Below, one piece after another: positions 52,574 to 64,000 of a stretch of DNA of 64,000 bases (positions are counted from its first letter, which is position 1; every line of letters starts with the position of its first letter). The notes below the pieces were generated by a model, which was not told the origin of the DNA, did not search any database, and saw only the letters and a program-made list of their open reading frames with translations. Source of the DNA: Bigelowiella natans CCMP2755. Lineage: Eukaryota > Protista > Cercozoa. The stretch lies in contig ADNK01000618.1 in assembly GCA_000320545.1 (NCBI GenBank), forward strand, positions 1 to 64,000, written 5' to 3'. A program made the translations under genes and the position numbers.

Positions 52574-54528
52574 ATGGCGGACGACTACACTGTGCGAAGG
52601 GAGAGAGTTCTTCGAGAGATCGCACCTCAAGGGCCCTATCAGAAGGATCTGTCTCCCAAAGTACTTACTTAGCACACACAGACAGAGAGGGATATACCTT
52701 GAGAGCAGAGAGAGTTTTTTTCTTCTTCTCCAGCCTCATTGAGTTATTCCTTGCGTGCATTATTGATAGGGGTCTCTGGATGCGCCAATTGTTGATCTAA
52801 TCAACGAAATCAACAATTCCCCAGGGGTAATATGAACGTTGAATCGAACGAGTAGAAAAATTGCAACCGTTGCCCTTTCCCCTCCTCCTCCTCCTCCTCC
52901 TCCTCCTCCCTCTTGAGTCTGCTATCTCCCTGCTCCTTCTTGTTTGCACACGTCTGGTGGTAATACACATCGTCGAGAGTAACAGCAATACTACTGCTCT
53001 GCGGATGTTGTTGTTTTTTATGTGTAGGGATGCATCTACACAACAAGCTCGTGCTCCGGTCGTATCACTCTCTTCACACAGGTAAAGACTTACGAATGAC
53101 GTCCTCATCCTCTGCCTACTCCTCGTCATTCTCCTCTGCTGCGACTAATTATTCACTGGGGTTGGTTGCTTCCTTTTGTCAGAAACCTGGGCAGAGGAAG
53201 GGGGGGCGGTGGGAGGTTTGCTCTCACGACAAAGTCACATACGAAGAGATCGCAAATGCCATTCACGCTACTTCCAGTGGTGAGAAGCAGGTACAACCAT
53301 GCTAGTCAATAATAAAAAGCAATGTCAGCTTTCCATGCTAGCTTCATTGGTCGAATTGCTTATCCTCACTTTCTCCGAACCCCCCTGTAATCTATCTGCC
53401 CATAGAGAGCCGAAGAATCTAGTACTCAAACAGGAGAGGGAGAGGTAGAGTCAAAGCAAGAACACGAGGAATCATCATCAACTAGGCGTAATGACGAGGA
53501 GGACGGCACACTTACTACCTTCCGATTTGAGCCCTTCATCCTATGCTGTGAGTGTAAGGATCTTGCCACTGCCTACAAACTACTCGGGGTATTACCTTTT
53601 ATGATGATGATGATGATGATCATGTGTGACGCGTAATTTGAAACCTGGAGAAGGGTATTAGAGACATATATTCACAAACACGTATGATAAAGCCCTTCAA
53701 AGACTCCTGCTGGTCAAATCATTGCTAGGTGTTGCTTCCACCACCCCATACATTTTGTACAATGAAGGTTGCAAACCGCACTGGTATGCGCGAAAGCGGC
53801 ATAATGGGAGGAATTCGTCGAGTCTTAGTGGGTATAAGGTTATAATAGTAGTTGTAGTAGTAGTAGAAGTAGTAGAAGTAGTAGAGTCTTAGTGGATATA
53901 AGATGATAATAGTAGTAGTAGTAGTAGTGGTAGTAGTATCTAATATTATTATTACGTTGAATTGTGTTTCTTCTTCTTCTTTTTCTTCTTCTTCTTCTTC
54001 TTCTTCGCCGTGCTGTGCTACTTGCTGGTGATATGTATAGATGCTCTCTACGAATGGAAGTTGCCGTCCGTGCTGATGGAAAGGCTCTCATCCCTCCCTC
54101 CTTCACCAGGTAGTAGTAGCCATGTCATGTCATGGGAGGGGGGTGGATCCCAAAAGAATGAGTGAATGAAGGGAGGGAGGAGAGGATGGAATGTAGAGCA
54201 AGTGTTACGTCGAGCAAGTAAATATACCTTATAAAAACCACCGAAATAACGCTAGGTTCCTGACACAGCAAGCGAATCAGAAATTCGACGAAAACACGCG
54301 GAAAACTGAGGCATTCCGCGCTGAGTTTAAGCGGACTTTCTATGGTCGCGATAAGGGTAAGAACGATGGAGGGGAGGTGAAAGATGGTGATGCTAAGGAA
54401 ATGCTGGAGCACCAGCAGCCCGTGCACGTGTTTTGCCTTCGAAAGGACACGCAGAAGGTTGGCACGATCATCATCATCATCATCGCCATCATCATCATCA
54501 TCATCATTATGACAGAAACACGCATACA

Positions 54529-54567
<39 letters not shown>

Positions 54568-54603
54568 GCACATTGCATAGATATCGAATATATTAATTAT
54601 ATA

Positions 54604-54642
<39 letters not shown>

Positions 54643-55735
54643 CACGACGACAACCTCAACTACTCTTGTAACACCATTCGTCTTGCAGGTAAAGGAGCGT
54701 TTAAAACAGGAGGGCCTTCTCCCCAAGCGGCTGCGCGTGGTACCAGCAGTTCTTCCCTCTCACCTATGGCTCTCATCCAGCAGCAGCAGCAGCAGCCAGA
54801 ATTGCCACGACTGTAATCGAACAGACAACGACAAGAATAAGGATGAAAATGAAGAAGAAGATGGAGAAAAGGATAGGAAAGACAGAGAACTAGAAAGGAC
54901 CGCTACAGGCAGCATTGGAGGAGGAATTATTAACAAACAAGACCAGGAGCACCAGCAGCACTCTGAGCGAACATCACCACCTGCATGTATGTTATTCAGC
55001 CTTCCGCCTTCAGTAGCGAGAAACTACCGGGAGAAAGGCGGAGCAGAAGTTATATTTGCTCGTGAGAAGAGTGCTTGTCAAATCTGGGTAGCAGAAGGGG
55101 TGCTGCAACTACCCCAGCAGACAAAGGAGGGACAGGGAAAGATAAACGCGACAAGCTCCAGGAACAAACGATCATCAGCTTCTTCAATCCCCTCCGCCTC
55201 CGCCTCCTCCTCCTCCTCCGCATCGTCATCGTATTCAACATCTCCCTACGTGCGGATGTGTCAGGCCGTTAAGGCGCTTTGCCAGACCGCTGCTGCAAGC
55301 GACAATGGCGCTGAGCATGAAGGCCAAGGGGAGAGGGGAGGAAGAAGCTGCTGCGTTGGCGCATCTTGGTCTGGTGACGTTGAACAGGCCGTGAAAAGGC
55401 TGCCCAGGAAGGTACTTTATCTGTTTATTTTTAAGTATGTGCTAGTGTACGATTGTGATGGTGGTGGTAGGTAACGATCATGATACTACTACTAATACTA
55501 CTACTATTACTACTACTATTACTACTCAGTGGCACAAAATTGGGGATATCGCTCTGCTGAAGGAAGGCGCATGGCTTTACGAATCGAATTGTAGTGCTGC
55601 TGTTGATGGAGGAGAAAATGATAATGATGAGAGCAAAGCAGCCGCCTCCTCCTCTATGCTATCGTCATCTTCCAAAGCGACCAAGGACAGCTTGTTTGCA
55701 TTGGGCGACACCCTCTGGTGATTCTTTGCTTCTTG

Positions 55736-55777
<42 letters not shown>

Positions 55778-56826
55778 GGTCCTTGTGTGTGCGTGCGTGT
55801 GCATTCTGTTTATGTGCTGCCATTAGTGCAAGTAGTATTATCATTAACATCTCGAGCATGATGATGGTGATGATGATACGTTAAGAATTGACCAATGCCT
55901 CGAAAGAACAACCACTTGTGTGAAATAATGAGTCGTTCTTCTCGTCTCTTCTCTTCTCTTCTTAAGGTCTGCAATAGCTTCGTCATTGAGCGTCCGCAGA
56001 GTTGCGCTCCAATCAGAGGTAAGAACAGAGCACACAAAACCATCATCAGCAGACAGAGAAGAAGGATGATGGTGATGATGATGATGGTGATGATGATGAT
56101 GACGACGATGAGGTGTTGAAGAACCCAAAGCAATCGGAGTAAGAAAATAGCAGTCGTGTTGTTTGTTGTTCATTATTTGGCTCGTTCTTTGCTTCTTTGT
56201 TATCTCTTCTTCTTGTTGTTGTTAGATCAGTACAGATATCACAAGGAAACCTCAAGTTAAGATAGTCTGGAGCGCACCACCAGTACTGCTCAATGGCGGC
56301 TCGAAAGAAATGAAGAAGAAGAAGAACAAGAAGAACGAGGAGGAAGAAGGAGGATGGGTCAGCCATAAGGAAGGTGGGATCACATATAGGCTGGATGTTA
56401 CGCGCTCGATGTTTTGCGCTGGAAATGGCACGGTATTATCATTATTATTATCATCATCATTATTATTATTATTATTATTATTATTGTTATTTCACTGTTA
56501 GTTTTCCATCACGGATAGCGTCCAATGAATAGAATACACCTCCTTTCCAATGAAGGATACTGAGAATGCTGCTGATGCTGCTGACACTGCCTGCTGTTGA
56601 TTATGACGGCGACGACGACGATGATGATGATGATGATGATAACGACGATAATGATGATGCTCTGGAGTTTAGTGAAATACTTCCTCCCCGACCCCCTTCG
56701 TCCCACACATGATATTCTGATTCGATGCTCAGGAGAAGAAGAGGGTGGGGAAGATCTGTAAGAATGGCGACATCGTCGTAGACCTTTACGCGGTAGTAAT
56801 AGTAGAAGTGCTACTACTACTATTAC

Positions 56827-56859
<33 letters not shown>

Positions 56860-57896
56860 CACTGGTAGCGATAGAGACAGCGCAAGTAGCAGGAACAGGA
56901 CGGATAAGAGAGAATACCTTGTTCTGCTTCCTTCTCTCCCTATCCCTCTAGTCAGTGCATGCGGCTTCTTCATGTCGCAACAAGGAGGCGTAGGCGTACT
57001 TCGCTGTTGCTTTTCCACTACTTAAAACCATTATTCTCATCTTGAAGCATAGGCTCATTATTACCGTTGCTTGTGATATTGCGTCCTCCCCCCCCCCCCC
57101 CCCTTCCTGTTGTTCTCTGGCCACGACGATGGCGACGGCAGGGCATTGGCTACTTTGTCCTTCCTTACTTAGTGCACGGAAAGGCAGGCCATGTACACGC
57201 ATGTGAGCTCAACCCCGCCTCAGTAATGACGACCAAATACTGCTCGTTTATTTGATTGATACCCCCTTATTATCATCCCCCTTCAGGATGTTGTTGTTGT
57301 TGCTGCTGCTGCTGTTGTTGATGCTGTTAATATCTTCCTATGTTCTCCCGATTTGTCTCTCGATTTATGGTGAAACCATTTATGTTGTTTGATCACACTC
57401 CCCCCATTCTTCTTCTTCTTCTTCCTCAAGGTGGAGGCTCTTAGACAGGCGCTAGAGATCAATGGTGTGCGTGATCGTTGTACCATATACGATGGGGATA
57501 ATAAGGTCACTGAAGGAAACGAGGAAAAATAGTACAAGTAGAAGTAGGAGAGACTTGGTGATAAAGTATGTTGTAGGTATGCAGACTTCGCAGCAGTAGT
57601 AGAGAAAGAAAGGGCAAGGCCACAACACACACACACACACACACACACAGACACACACGTGTATAAATAAGCTGTAAATAAATGTGCTTAGAAATGTGCT
57701 TAAAATATAATCAGAACTTCCCTCTCCGTGGGGTAGCTGATCGCGTGAATTTGGGGTTGATACCGAGTTCCGAGAAAGGGTGGCCAATCGCTGTCGGTGC
57801 GCTCAAGCCTCAGGGTAATAAATAATCCCTGTTTAGTGTGAGGAGTGTACTCCATCAAATCAAACAACAAGGGACTCACCTACACCTGGCATCTTT

Positions 57897-57929
<33 letters not shown>

Positions 57930-58001
57930 CTTCGCCATACACCACTACCACCACTATCATCATCATCATAATCATCATCATCATCATCGTCATCGTCATC
58001 G

Positions 58002-58036
<35 letters not shown>

Positions 58037-58307
58037 GTCATCATCGTCGTCGTCGTGTCGCGCACCATCCCCTCACCATGAGAATTCCAACCGAAAATTA
58101 GGAGGCAGCCTGCATGTGCACGGTAACTGCGCTGAGGACGAGGTGGCAGCGTTTGCAGAGTCGGTCCGAAGTCAGATAGAACAGATTGCCCATTCTGATG
58201 ACGATAAACGGAAACATTCCTGGCAGATTAGCGTGGCGCATGTGGAGCGGGTGAAGTGGTACGCGCCCCGTATTCGGCATGTGGTGGTAGATCTCGTTTG
58301 CCATTGA
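52574..58307 (+). CDS. TYW3-TYW2: tRNA wybutosine-synthesis fusion protein TYW3 + TYW2 (TRM12)
   Basis: TYW3: DLSPK|GSLDAPI, YTTSSCSGR, GGRWEVCSH, FRFEPFIL, GMRESGI. TYW2: LPRK|WHKIGDI, HKEGGITYRLDVTRSMFCAGN, VVDLYA|GIGYF, ADRVNLGLIPSS, ERVKWYAPRIRHVVVD. Confidence 0.92.
57898..58056. repeat. Compound intronic microsatellite (CTT)n(CAC/TAC)n(CAT/CGT)n
   Basis: Directly visible. Confidence 0.9.
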
Positions 58308-58838
58308 AGAGGTCCTTGCACGTTTTTGCCGTCGTACTGCTACTAGAAAGAAGAGCGAGATCATAGCTGCTGTGCTTATTGGTCTCCAGCAGCAGCCCAG
58401 CCAGAGAAACTGAAGAATCCGGCGTAGGTGTGGAATACAACAGCTTTCCACACAGCCTGACATAATATCGTATACTTGCTGCGTCCACGTTTTACGCATG
58501 CATAACTTATCAATCTCCATATGATCCATAAAGCGATAATCGCTCGGTTTGAGCTGTTGGTTGTGCTATAATAAACAACCCACTACATACATATGACATA
58601 TGCGACCCTGCTCAGGCATGTGAGTGCATGATGCAGGTAGCAGCGTTACACAGTAGCTGAATTCCCATCTAACTAGGTGGTCGCGGGTATAACCGGGGCA
58701 TACTAGCATGCGAAATTATGCCTAGCACTATTACGTATTGTGTGATTTCATGCATGGTTCCATGTCATGCTGTCATGTAGAACTAGTGTATGTATTATGT
58801 AGCCATGACCTGCAATGATGGCATGCCTGCACATAGAG

Positions 58839-58971
58839 CACATTAGGATGACTAATGAAAAATTGTAATCATTTCATTACACCCGTCTCACACATGAGAC
58901 GGATGTAATGAATAAGTTATATTTTAGCCATTTATTGTTCAAATTTATTGTTCAATTGTCATCCTAATATA
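58839..58971. mobile_element. ~130-bp MITE-like element with terminal inverted repeats and an internal hairpin
   Basis: ATTAGGATGAC (58842-58852) is inverted at GTCATCCTAAT (58958-58968). An 18-bp internal inverted repeat (58873-58890 / 58895-58912) has 1 mismatch. ATTTATTGTTCAA is tandemly duplicated. Confidence 0.65.
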
Positions 58972-59356
58972 GCTATGCAAAGCTGCAGCTACAGCGCATA
59001 AATTGTACTCGTTTGTTGTCTCATATTTGCATATATTCATGTGCAATTACGATTGATCATTTTTTACTGGTTGCTTACTACCGCATGTGCCATCAAACAT
59101 CTAGACATGCATTGCATACAGATAATAAGAGCAAGCTTGGGAGAATTTGGAATAATTATGGAAGCTAAAGTAGATGGCTTGTGACTTTGGAACGTATGGC
59201 TCCACGTTCATACAACATACTCATCGGCCAGATAAGGATATATTGCATACTATGATAAATTCACCACTCATCTAACGTAGCCATCCAAGTACGTGTAACA
59301 CACGTCGTGCATTTGCGTGACAGCAGCCACAACCCGACAACTGCTACTTCTGGCGA

Positions 59357-60570
59357 TTATGAGAACAGATCATCACTCGCGCCCTGGGAGAAATATGTGA
59401 AAGAGATGTACAGTTAACTGCATGATGGATAGCAATTTATCTACTTTTTTTGCTTTCGTGTGCTATTACGCCTTCTTCATTACCTTATCATTTTGTGCGA
59501 TGTACTTCGAGATGTCAAGACCTCCTTCCTCCCCTCCCCCTCCGCCCCCTGCTCCCCCATCCACCATGTTAAATAGGTCGTCGTCTATCGCGTCGCTGCA
59601 AGAAAGACCCGTAATTTAGTTGTTTTGTTCGCCCCCGCAGTATTATAACGGAGAAAACACATTTTCGAGCTCTTTCTTACTTCTCGGTTTCACAGCAGGA
59701 AAGCATAATACACACGTGTAGTACAGCATTTGGTGGTGGATGAATATAAACCTAGTATCATCCTTCTCGCAGTGGTATATGAATGACATGACGTCTGGTA
59801 CTCCTACACTACATTCCTACAGCTCTTTGCTGCCACTACTACTGCTACTTCTACTTACTTTTGTGGATCTGCTGCCTCATCTTTGGTTGTGACGGTATCT
59901 GGTAAAGGCTCGATAACCTGCAGCATAATGGATGATAGTAATGGTGATGATGATAACTACATGATAATGGATGATGATACTGCTAACAGATATGAGAGAT
60001 ATTGATCGATGATTAGGAGGATAAGAAGACAACGACGACGACGACGAAAACGGTGTAGGATTACTACTTAATTCAGCACATCAAGATAAAGCATTCAGTG
60101 TGAACTCTTCTTAGTTTGATAAATCTGTTGTAGTAGTAGTAGTCTCGTACTGGTGGTTCACATTCTCATTTCAAAATCAGTCGCAGCAGCAGTGTCTATT
60201 ACTAGTTTTTTCCTGTCTTCGTTCTGCGAGTCAAATTTGGCGAGGTCAGCATCATCGCCCATGTTTCTGATGGGGGGAGGGGGGGGGGGGGGGGACGAAA
60301 CCAATGCCAACAATGAAATGAAATGATGGCGAGAAAAGCAAAAACTGCTAAATACGCAGATGATTATGTTCCCCAGATCACGGATATTCACAATTACAAT
60401 AGTACTGAGCGATTCAAGTTTACTGGCATGTCTTCCAATATATTATGCCAACAAGAGCAAAAACGGCAAGCATTGTGATGTTCTTAGCTTTTCTTTGGTT
60501 GATAACTTGGTTTAGGATATGCTGTGTTTACCTCAAACACACGCCTACTGATAATGACTATGTGGTAGTT

Positions 60571-60602
<32 letters not shown>

Positions 60603-61693
60603 TGGTGGTGGTGTTGTTACACTAAATCTTCATCCAACGCTTCAGCTTTAAGCTCATTGCTCCTTTTTTCCATGGCTTCTTTAGGAATGTACACGTCCTG
60701 CAGGCCGCCGCTCTAAGCAGTAGTATCATGATGACGACGATGAGACAGAGGATCACATGGCAAAGCAGCTGACTATTGGGCTGGGATATCTATGCATATG
60801 TGTCTGGTTTGCCAGGATAATAGTTTCTGCTAGATGCAGCATTCCTCACCAATAACAGAGGCACCAGCAGCAATAATCATCTGCAAGTGTATAATCATCA
60901 CGCGGCAACCTCTTCAGTCTTGCCTTCAGCAAAGGGATCCTTTTCGGACGATGATGTCGCCACAGGAGCCCTGCGACGAATAAAATGAATTAATGTCGTT
61001 ATTCTGGCCTGCTCTCATCTCTTTACATAACAACAAAGTCACAAAACAACAGTTTGTGCTGCTACTACTACTACTACTACTACTACATTATGCCAACAAG
61101 TAAGGAAGTGCCGTCATTTATTCTCCTCCACCCGCACTGTTGCTGCTACTGCTTACCCATCCAGGAATGACTTTGGAATGCTACCCTCTCCCTCGTTGGC
61201 CTCAGCAGCTCCAAAGATATCTTCCTCCTCTTCTTCTTCCTCAGCTTCAGGCACTGGCTGGGGTTTGGGGGCCGGTGGTTTCTTCTTCTTTAAGAAAAAA
61301 AAGCGGCGGTAACAGTGAGATAATATTTACGGATAGCTGTGCTTGCAGCTCGGGATATGGATTGATCGAAACACTTAACTCCTTCTCCTGCTGTGGCCTT
61401 GTTCGGTGTTGCTTTCTCTGGCTTTTTCTTCGCAAATGCAACTTTCTTAGCCACTTTTTTCTTCTCAGGGTTGCCCCCGAACTTGAACATGTCCTGTTAT
61501 GATATAATTTTAGCGTGGCATCTTGGTATACAAAGTCGTCGTCGTCGTCGTCATCATCGTTGTCATCAGTTATAGGATCATCATGTCCAACATCACCACC
61601 ATATAGTCATCATTTGCACGATGTGATGGATATTACCGGGTTCCGCAGTGGATCGAAGTCCACCGTGGTGCTTTTAACCTTTGTTGCGCTCAT
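59357..61693 (-). CDS. Acidic low-complexity protein with repeated D/E-D/E-[LI]-F motifs (HS1BP3/FAM21-tail-like)
   Basis: Spliced exons MSATKVKS...|DMFKFGG, EEEDIFGA, KDPFAE and DDDLFNM...LDISKYIAQNDK|GASDDLFS*. Confidence 0.55.
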
Positions 61694-62774
61694 CTCAACG
61701 ATTTATCTTCCAGCCACCTAAAAATCCAAGATCTGATGAGGAGGAATGAGTGAGATTCGAATCTCCCACTAGCGCCACGGATGATCGCTCCCCTATGCCT
61801 GTGCTTCCATACAACTATGGACAACTATGGTGTTGCTATAGGGGTGGGACCAATGAATGACCTACTGATTTTGAGTTTCGTGAAGGTTGGAAGTTACTTA
61901 GCGTCAGTCGTTGCCCCCCCTCTCAGTTGCAGGAAGTGTGTGATACGACTCACTCGCTCTTCGATGGATGTTCCTCGCCGTATTTTAATTTTAGGAAAAA
62001 AATTACACCGAAAATATCCTATAAAGCTGGTGCCCGCCTGCGGGCTCTGTCCCAGGCCCAAACATATCTCCGAAACCTGTAAATCCGCCTGCGTTTCTGG
62101 CATCGGCAGAGCTCCGAGAAGGCCATTTTCAAGGAGAAATCGCCTTTGTTTTCTGCTCCTCACAGGTGCAGAGTACGAGTAAGCGTTGCCGCTTCACAAT
62201 GGCCCCCTACCACCGTGTGGTGGCCCTCCGAGCGCAGCGACGGTTGGGGGCTTCTCCCCCCCCTCCTCGCCACAAGCTTTCACTGTCAGCTCTGATGCGG
62301 CTGCGGCTTTGTTGCTGGACCTCCATCGTGACCACCACAACTACTACTCCTACGACAACTACTACCCCTCTTAACCGGCATTCTCTCATCCCGCTGGCGC
62401 AGCAGGAGCCCCTTCAACCCGGACGGCAGTTTTCCCTGTCCCCACCCTCACTGTACCTCCAATCTGCACAGTATCCTTCATCATCGATATCATCGTCATT
62501 GTCGCCCGCTATGCAGCTTCGTCGTCACGTGCTTCCCGCTGCATCCCAGCCAGAATTGCACAGGTATGGCTTAAAGGCTCGGGGGTTTGCCGATTCAAAC
62601 AAAGCTCTGCACGGAACGAGGTCGATTTACTTCCTGATATATAATTACGGTTTGCCATAGCTCTCAATTCTCCTGTAACTTGTCATATTCTGTTAGGACC
62701 TGGCTAAGACGCTGCTCCGTCTCCTCCTCCTCCTCCTCCTCCTCCTCCTCCTCCTCCTCCTCCTCCTCCCCCTC

Positions 62775-63238
62775 AAGCAATGAGGACCCTGACGGGAACA
62801 ACGGTGATTCTGTGATTGGAGTATGCGCAATTGAGGTCATAGTAGCTGGAGTTCCGGGGAATATGGCAGAAATGCTGTGCGAGGAGATCATTGACAGGGT
62901 GAGTCATTCGGCTCTCCTGCGAAAGAGCATTTCTCATTTCTGGAATAGTAGTAGTAGTAGCAGTAGTAGTAGCAGCAGTAGTAGTAGCAGCAGTAGTAGT
63001 AGCAGTAGTAGTAGCAATAGTAATAGTAGTAGTAGTAGTAGTAGTAGTAGTAGCAATAGTAATAGTAGTAGTAGTAGTAGATGTAGTAGTAGTAGCAGTA
63101 GCAGTAGCAGTAGTAGTAGTAGTAGTTGTAGTAGTAGCAGTAGTAGTAGCAGCAGTAGTAGTAGTTGTAGTAGTAGAGGGATAGAAGAAGAAAAAATAAT
63201 GAGAGTAGCCAGCAAGATTGGTTATTTGTGCGCACCAG

Positions 63239-63282
<44 letters not shown>

Positions 63283-64000
63283 CTAATGAAGAAAACTATT
63301 AGAGCGTAGATTGGACACACAGCCCTATGATGGAGAAACATGTGTATGTATATGACGAGAGTACAACGATGACATGCTCAGGGTTCGGATACAGTAACGA
63401 TTGAAGAGGAGCTGGCACCAGGAGAAGAGGAATCGCCTGTATTCGACCGTGTAACTACTGAGAACATGTGGAAGAAGGTGAGATCCTCATCGTAACAGAG
63501 CATTAGCAAGAGTAGCGGCAGCGTATAGATGTGGTGCTAGCCACAATGTTGTCGTATCATAATCGTTTTCCGTCCTTCTCGTCACTTCCATGCTTCACGA
63601 AACGATGATGATAGGTGACGCTCAGAGCATTCTTCACACCTGGGGAGGACGGTAGACGGGCAGTAAGATAGAGGGTGTACTTTCGAGAATGGAGGGCCTC
63701 TAAACTTGCCAATATTGAAACATGCGTCGTTCTAGAAAACAGCAGCAGTTCATATGAAAAATGATAATGATGATGATGATAATGTTCAAGGCACGTCCTT
63801 GTGCATGGAGGCTGCGAATATACTTGGAATTGGCGATCAGATCTCGGTTTCGGTCAAAGAGGTAAATGGTCTTTGGTGCGTGATGCTGTGACTTCGCTGT
63901 CTCTTGACCATTGCGTGATAACAACGACGTGACTGCAACAATGAAACACAGGTAGGTAGCGAGGACTGGGTGCAGTCTGTCAAGGACACGTACCAGCCAA
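62775..64000 (-). CDS. 3' part of a multi-exon hypothetical protein entering from the right edge
   Basis: Exon-like segments behind AG acceptors, e.g. MRNALSQESRMTHPVNDLLAQHF...RITVVPVRVLIA* after a (TAC)n tract. Family unknown. Confidence 0.35.
62945..63177. repeat. ~230-bp degenerate (TAG/CAG)n trinucleotide microsatellite
   Basis: Directly visible. It is the source of the spurious poly-S, poly-L and poly-Y ORFs. Confidence 0.95.

Noticed and set aside
45827-63177. Complementary (GTA)n after donors and (TAC)n before acceptors as an intron-bridging RNA structure
   Set aside because: Both tendencies exist, but in the introns inspected the complementary tracts do not occur as pairs within the same intron.
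62680-63309. Poly-S, poly-L and poly-Y ORFs, and similar ORFs such as 22387-23085 and 57838-58101
   Set aside because: Translations of trinucleotide microsatellites or of the antisense strand of real exons.

Overview
Gene-dense, intron-rich eukaryotic nuclear DNA with about 19 protein-coding genes, GT-AG spliceosomal introns and very abundant microsatellites. IFT74 indicates a flagellate. A signal-peptide plus Ser/Arg-rich transit-like leader suggests a secondary-plastid alga such as a chlorarachniophyte (inference only). Recognisable genes: a kinesin with a C-terminal fimbrin-type CH-CH domain, a Myb/SANT protein, an ankyrin-JmjC (JMJD8-like) protein, IFT74, heme oxygenase, a Cid1/Trf4-family nucleotidyltransferase, an RRM protein, a phage-type GT10-like glycosyltransferase, EMC2, a peroxisomal SDR, a putative plastid coiled-coil protein, a Qc-SNARE and a TYW3-TYW2 fusion. 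The most striking signal is non-coding. Several intergenic islands downstream of gene 3' ends (1067-1954, 30084-30598, 41163-41809) have almost no TpA dinucleotides except in CTAG, while CpG is retained. A small MITE-like element at 58839-58971 shows CACA where its symmetry predicts TATA. Together these point to a localized, context-specific TA->CA/TG mutational or base-modification system, opposite in direction to RIP and 5mC decay. Multi-exon gene coordinates are spans from manual splicing and are approximate. No rRNA, tRNA or CRISPR array was recognised.
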